In this document: piece after piece, positions 60,943 through 64,000 of the stretch | Position numbering within the stretch: the stretch's first letter is position 1 | Layout: each line of letters starts with the position of its first letter | Origin: Vulcanimicrobiota bacterium | GTDB taxonomy: Bacteria; Vulcanimicrobiota; Vulcanimicrobiia; Vulcanimicrobiales; Vulcanimicrobiaceae | Assembly: GCA_963812155.1 (NCBI GenBank) | Contig: CAWETW010000003.1 | Location: 128,001-192,000 of the forward strand | Direction of reading: 5' to 3' | Length of the DNA stretch: 64,000 nucleotides | Notes under the pieces: generated by a model | Told to the model about the DNA's origin: nothing | The model's database searches: none | What the model saw: only the letters and a program-made list of their open reading frames with translations | Program-made: the position numbers and the translations under genes

Positions 60943-61803
60943 ATGGCTATCACGCTGCGGCGGCGCAGCATCGTGCCCGGCTTCGGGCTGACGCTCGGAT
61001 TTACGGTGCTGTACCTCAGCCTCATGGTGTTGATTCCGCTGTCGGTGGCGTTCTGGAAAGCGTCGTCGCTCGGCGTGGGAGCGTTTTGGCACATCGTTAC
61101 GGCGCCGCGCGCGGTCGCATCCTACGAGGTGACCTTCGGATGCTCGCTCGTCGCCGCGACGATCAACATCGTCTTCGGACTGCTCACCGCGTGGGTGCTC
61201 GTTCGCTACCGGTTCCCGCTGAAACGGCTTTTCGATACGCTGGTAGACTTGCCGTTTGCTTTGCCGACGGCCGTTGCGGGCATCGCTCTGACGGCCATCT
61301 ACGCATCGAACGGTTGGCTCGGAAAGCCATTGCTGGCGCTCGGCATCCACGCCGCGTACTCGCGCATCGGCATCGTGATCGCGTTGACGTTCATCGGACT
61401 GCCCTTCGTCGTGCGAACGGTCCAACCGGTGCTCCAAGATCTCGATGCGGAGTTCGAGGAAGCGGCGGCGAGTCTCGGGGCGGGCCGCCTGCAAACGTTT
61501 GCGCGCGTGCTGCTTCCGACGATCTTCCCGGCCGCGCTGACCGGCTTTGCGCTGGCATTCGCCCGGGCGGTCGGGGAGTACGGCTCGGTGATTTTCATCG
61601 CGGGCAACATGCCGATGCGAACCGAGATCACGCCGCTGCTCATCGTCACGAAGCTCGAGCAATACGACTATGCCGGCGCGACGGCGATTGCGGTGGCGAT
61701 GCTGATCGTTTCCTTTGTGATGCTGCTCACGATCAACGTGCTGCAGCATTGGAGCACGACGCAGCGTGAGGAACGTTCGGCCGCAGAGGCGCCCAGTGGC
61801 TAA
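60943..61803 (+). CDS. cysT: Sulfate ABC transporter permease CysT
   Basis: DLPFALPTAVAG, EEAAASLGA, GEYGSV. Confidence 0.95.
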   Translation: MAITLRRRSIVPGFGLTLGFTVLYLSLMVLIPLSVAFWKASSLGVGAFWHIVTAPRAVASYEVTFGCSLVAATINIVFGLLTAWVLVRYRFPLKRLFDTLVDLPFALPTAVAGIALTAIYASNGWLGKPLLALGIHAAYSRIGIVIALTFIGLPFVVRTVQPVLQDLDAEFEEAAASLGAGRLQTFARVLLPTIFPAALTGFALAFARAVGEYGSVIFIAGNMPMRTEITPLLIVTKLEQYDYAGATAIAVAMLIVSFVMLLTINVLQHWSTTQREERSAAEAPSG

Positions 61804-62674
61804 AGTGCTGACGTGGAACCAGCCGCAACCGATCGATCTTCCGGCTGCGGCGCGCGCGAGCGCGACGTCGGAGCCGGTCGCGGTGCGGTGGCTGCTGATT
61901 GCCGTCGCCGTCGCGTTCTTGTCGCTCTTTATTTTTCTCCCGCTCGCGATCGTCTTTGCGACGGCATTTCGCAGCGGCCTCGCCGGATTCGCGCACACCT
62001 TTACCGACGCCGACACGTTGGCGTCCATTCGGCTGACGTTGATCGCCGCCGCCATCGCGGTGCCGATGAACGTTGCGTTCGGCGTGACCGCGGCATGGGC
62101 CATCGGCAAATTCGAGTTCGTCGGAAAGAGCCTGCTCATCACGCTGATCGATCTGCCGTTCTCCGTTTCGCCGGTGGTGGCCGGACTCGTGTTCGTGCTG
62201 CTCTTGGGCGCTCAAGGATTGATCGGACCGTGGCTGATCGCGCACGGCATACGCATCATCTTCGCGATCCCGGGCATCGTGCTGGTCACCGCATTCGTGA
62301 CGTTCCCATTCGTGGCGCGCGAACTGCTGCCGACGATGCAGGCGCAGGGCAACGACGAAGAAGAGGCCGCGTTGGCGCTCGGTGCGAGCGGATGGAAGAC
62401 CTTTTGTCGCGTGACCCTGCCCAAAGTAAAGTGGGCGCTGCTCTACGGCGTCATCCTCTGCAACGCGCGCGCAATGGGCGAGTTCGGCGCGGTCTCGGTC
62501 GTTTCGGGCCACATCCGCGGCCTCACCGATACGATGCCCCTTCAGATCGAGTTTTTGTACAACGACTATCAATACGTGGCGGCCTTCGCGGTCGCGTCGC
62601 TGCTCGCGCTGCTCGCGCTGGTGACGCTCGTCGTGAAGACCGTCGTTGAATGGAGAACCGGCCATGAGCATTAG
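61796..62674 (+). CDS. cysW: Sulfate ABC transporter permease CysW
   Basis: [28 protein letters not shown]. Confidence 0.95.
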   Translation: MAKVLTWNQPQPIDLPAAARASATSEPVAVRWLLIAVAVAFLSLFIFLPLAIVFATAFRSGLAGFAHTFTDADTLASIRLTLIAAAIAVPMNVAFGVTAAWAIGKFEFVGKSLLITLIDLPFSVSPVVAGLVFVLLLGAQGLIGPWLIAHGIRIIFAIPGIVLVTAFVTFPFVARELLPTMQAQGNDEEEAALALGASGWKTFCRVTLPKVKWALLYGVILCNARAMGEFGAVSVVSGHIRGLTDTMPLQIEFLYNDYQYVAAFAVASLLALLALVTLVVKTVVEWRTGHEH

Positions 62675-63716
62675 CCTGCGCGGGATCAGCAAATCGTTCG
62701 GCAGTTTCAACGCGCTTGCGGGCGTCGATCTCGACATTCCCGCTGGAAAGTTGATGGCGCTGCTCGGGCCGTCGGGCTCGGGGAAGACCACCTTATTGCG
62801 CATCGTGGCGGGCTTGGAATACGCCGACGCGGGGTCGGTGCGGTTCGACGGTACCGACGTCACGAGTCACTCGCCCGGCGAGCGCCGGGTCGGATTCGTC
62901 TTTCAGCACTACGCGCTGTTCCGCCACATGACGGTCTTCGAAAACGTCGCGTTCGGATTGCGCGTGCGTTCGCGGTCGTCGCGCCCGACCGAAGCCCGGA
63001 TTCGCGAGAAAGTCTACGATTTACTGAATCTCATCCAGCTGCGTAGTCAAGCGTCGCGTTATCCGTCGCAACTCTCGGGCGGCCAGCGTCAGCGCGTCGC
63101 GCTGGCGCGCGCGTTGGCGGTCGAGCCGAGCGTGCTGCTTCTCGACGAGCCGTTCGGTGCGCTGGATGCAAAGGTTCGGCTGGAGCTGCGGCGTTGGCTG
63201 CGTCACCTGCACGAAGAAGCGAATATCACGAGCGTTTTCGTCACCCACGATCAAGAAGAGGCGCTGGAGGTTGCCGATCGCGTTGCCGTGATGAATCACG
63301 GACGCATCGAACAAGTCGGTGCTCCCGAAGACGTGTATAACGACCCTGCGACGTCGTTCGTCTTCAACTTTCTGGGAAGCGTCAATCTTTTCCACGCGCG
63401 CCTCGAGCACGGCACCGCCTACATCCACGACAGCGCGACCGAGCATCTCGGATTCGTACGTCCGCATTTGCTCGAGATCTCGCGCCGCCGGCCCGACAAT
63501 GGAAATCACTTCCGGGCCGTCGCCAAACGCATCCATGCCGCCGGTCCTCTGGTCAAGGTCGAGGCGGTCACCGAATGGGGGACGGCCGTCCACGCCGAGC
63601 TCTCGCAGGAGCGCTTTCGCGAACTCGCACTTGCGACCGGAGAGGAGATTTTCATGGCTCCGACCGACCTGCGGGTCTTCAAGAACGGGGAAGGTAAGGC
63701 AGCGGCCCAGGCTTGA
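62664..63716 (+). CDS. cysA: Sulfate ABC transporter ATP-binding protein
   Basis: [34 protein letters not shown]-like tail. Confidence 0.95.
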   Translation: MSISLRGISKSFGSFNALAGVDLDIPAGKLMALLGPSGSGKTTLLRIVAGLEYADAGSVRFDGTDVTSHSPGERRVGFVFQHYALFRHMTVFENVAFGLRVRSRSSRPTEARIREKVYDLLNLIQLRSQASRYPSQLSGGQRQRVALARALAVEPSVLLLDEPFGALDAKVRLELRRWLRHLHEEANITSVFVTHDQEEALEVADRVAVMNHGRIEQVGAPEDVYNDPATSFVFNFLGSVNLFHARLEHGTAYIHDSATEHLGFVRPHLLEISRRRPDNGNHFRAVAKRIHAAGPLVKVEAVTEWGTAVHAELSQERFRELALATGEEIFMAPTDLRVFKNGEGKAAAQA

Positions 63717-63722
63717 GACCGC

Positions 63723-63820
63723 GGTAACGCCCCGTCTGGCTTAGGTCTCGCGGCGTATGGCCGGGTTTAGCGTAACTCCAAAGCTAACCAGGGTCATGTT
63801 GCCTCGTAGAGAAAGGTACC
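63723..63820 (+). ncRNA. Candidate Moco/Wco riboswitch-like RNA
   Basis: Ordered elements CTTAGG..TATGG, hairpin GGTTTAGC/GCTAACC, CCAGGG, GCCTC, GAAAGG, and an imperfect closing pair GGTAAC/GGTACC. Confidence 0.4.
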
Positions 63821-63922
63821 CCAATCACTTTCCTCAAAGGGGAAGGTGACCGCGGTTTACTTTGAGGGCATCGTCCTGCGTGATTGTAGCGCGGATATTG
63901 CCCTGAAGCGGAGAGGTACCTC

Positions 63923-64000
63923 GTGACTCTCACTATCGAGATCGTACTGGTTGGACTGGTCGTCGGGACGATCGTCGGGCTTACCGGCGTCGGCGGCGCG
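63923..64000 (+). CDS. TauE/SafE (TSUP) family sulfite exporter, partial
   Basis: GGAGAGG SD; MTLTIEIVLVGLVVGTIVGLTGVGGA matches the TSUP N-terminal GxxVGLTGxGG pattern. Confidence 0.7.
   Translation, partial: MTLTIEIVLVGLVVGTIVGLTGVGGA

Overview
GC-rich bacterial chromosomal window, densely coding and mostly housekeeping. Small lipoproteins with LA(A/G)C lipoboxes and a TonB-receptor-like gene occur alongside rex, system-II cytochrome c maturation and menG/hepT; this suggests a diderm Terrabacteria lineage such as Eremiobacterota/Vulcanimicrobiota (inference only). Main content: pnp, ggt, split transketolase, rpsO, polX, an NAD-linked formate dehydrogenase cluster, ilvE, arginase, a tetrapyrrole operon (sirC-hemC-hemD fusion, hemB, mobA, hemL, rex, hemA, cobA-hemD, DUF92, MT-A70 methyltransferase), a respiratory cluster (menG, hepT, tatAC, resB/ccsA, Rieske, cytochrome b-c fusion), tatD-metG-rsmI, pepP, nadABC and a sulfate ABC transporter. 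No rRNA, tRNA, CRISPR array or mobile element was recognised. The strongest hidden signal is UGA recoding. The FDH catalytic subunit (CNRT-UGA-HAPS) and a small CPYC glutaredoxin (PPRG-UGA-TVH-stop) both carry a hairpin whose GGUC begins exactly 18 nt after the UGA, so both are probable selenoproteins sharing one SECIS geometry. Other points: several apparently catalytically degenerate enzyme homologues, candidate cis-regulatory RNAs (Moco-like, rpsO, ilvE, nadA leaders), leaderless promoters, and an unannotated 43-aa secreted peptide. Many single-base frameshifts cluster in patches and are most likely sequencing or assembly errors.
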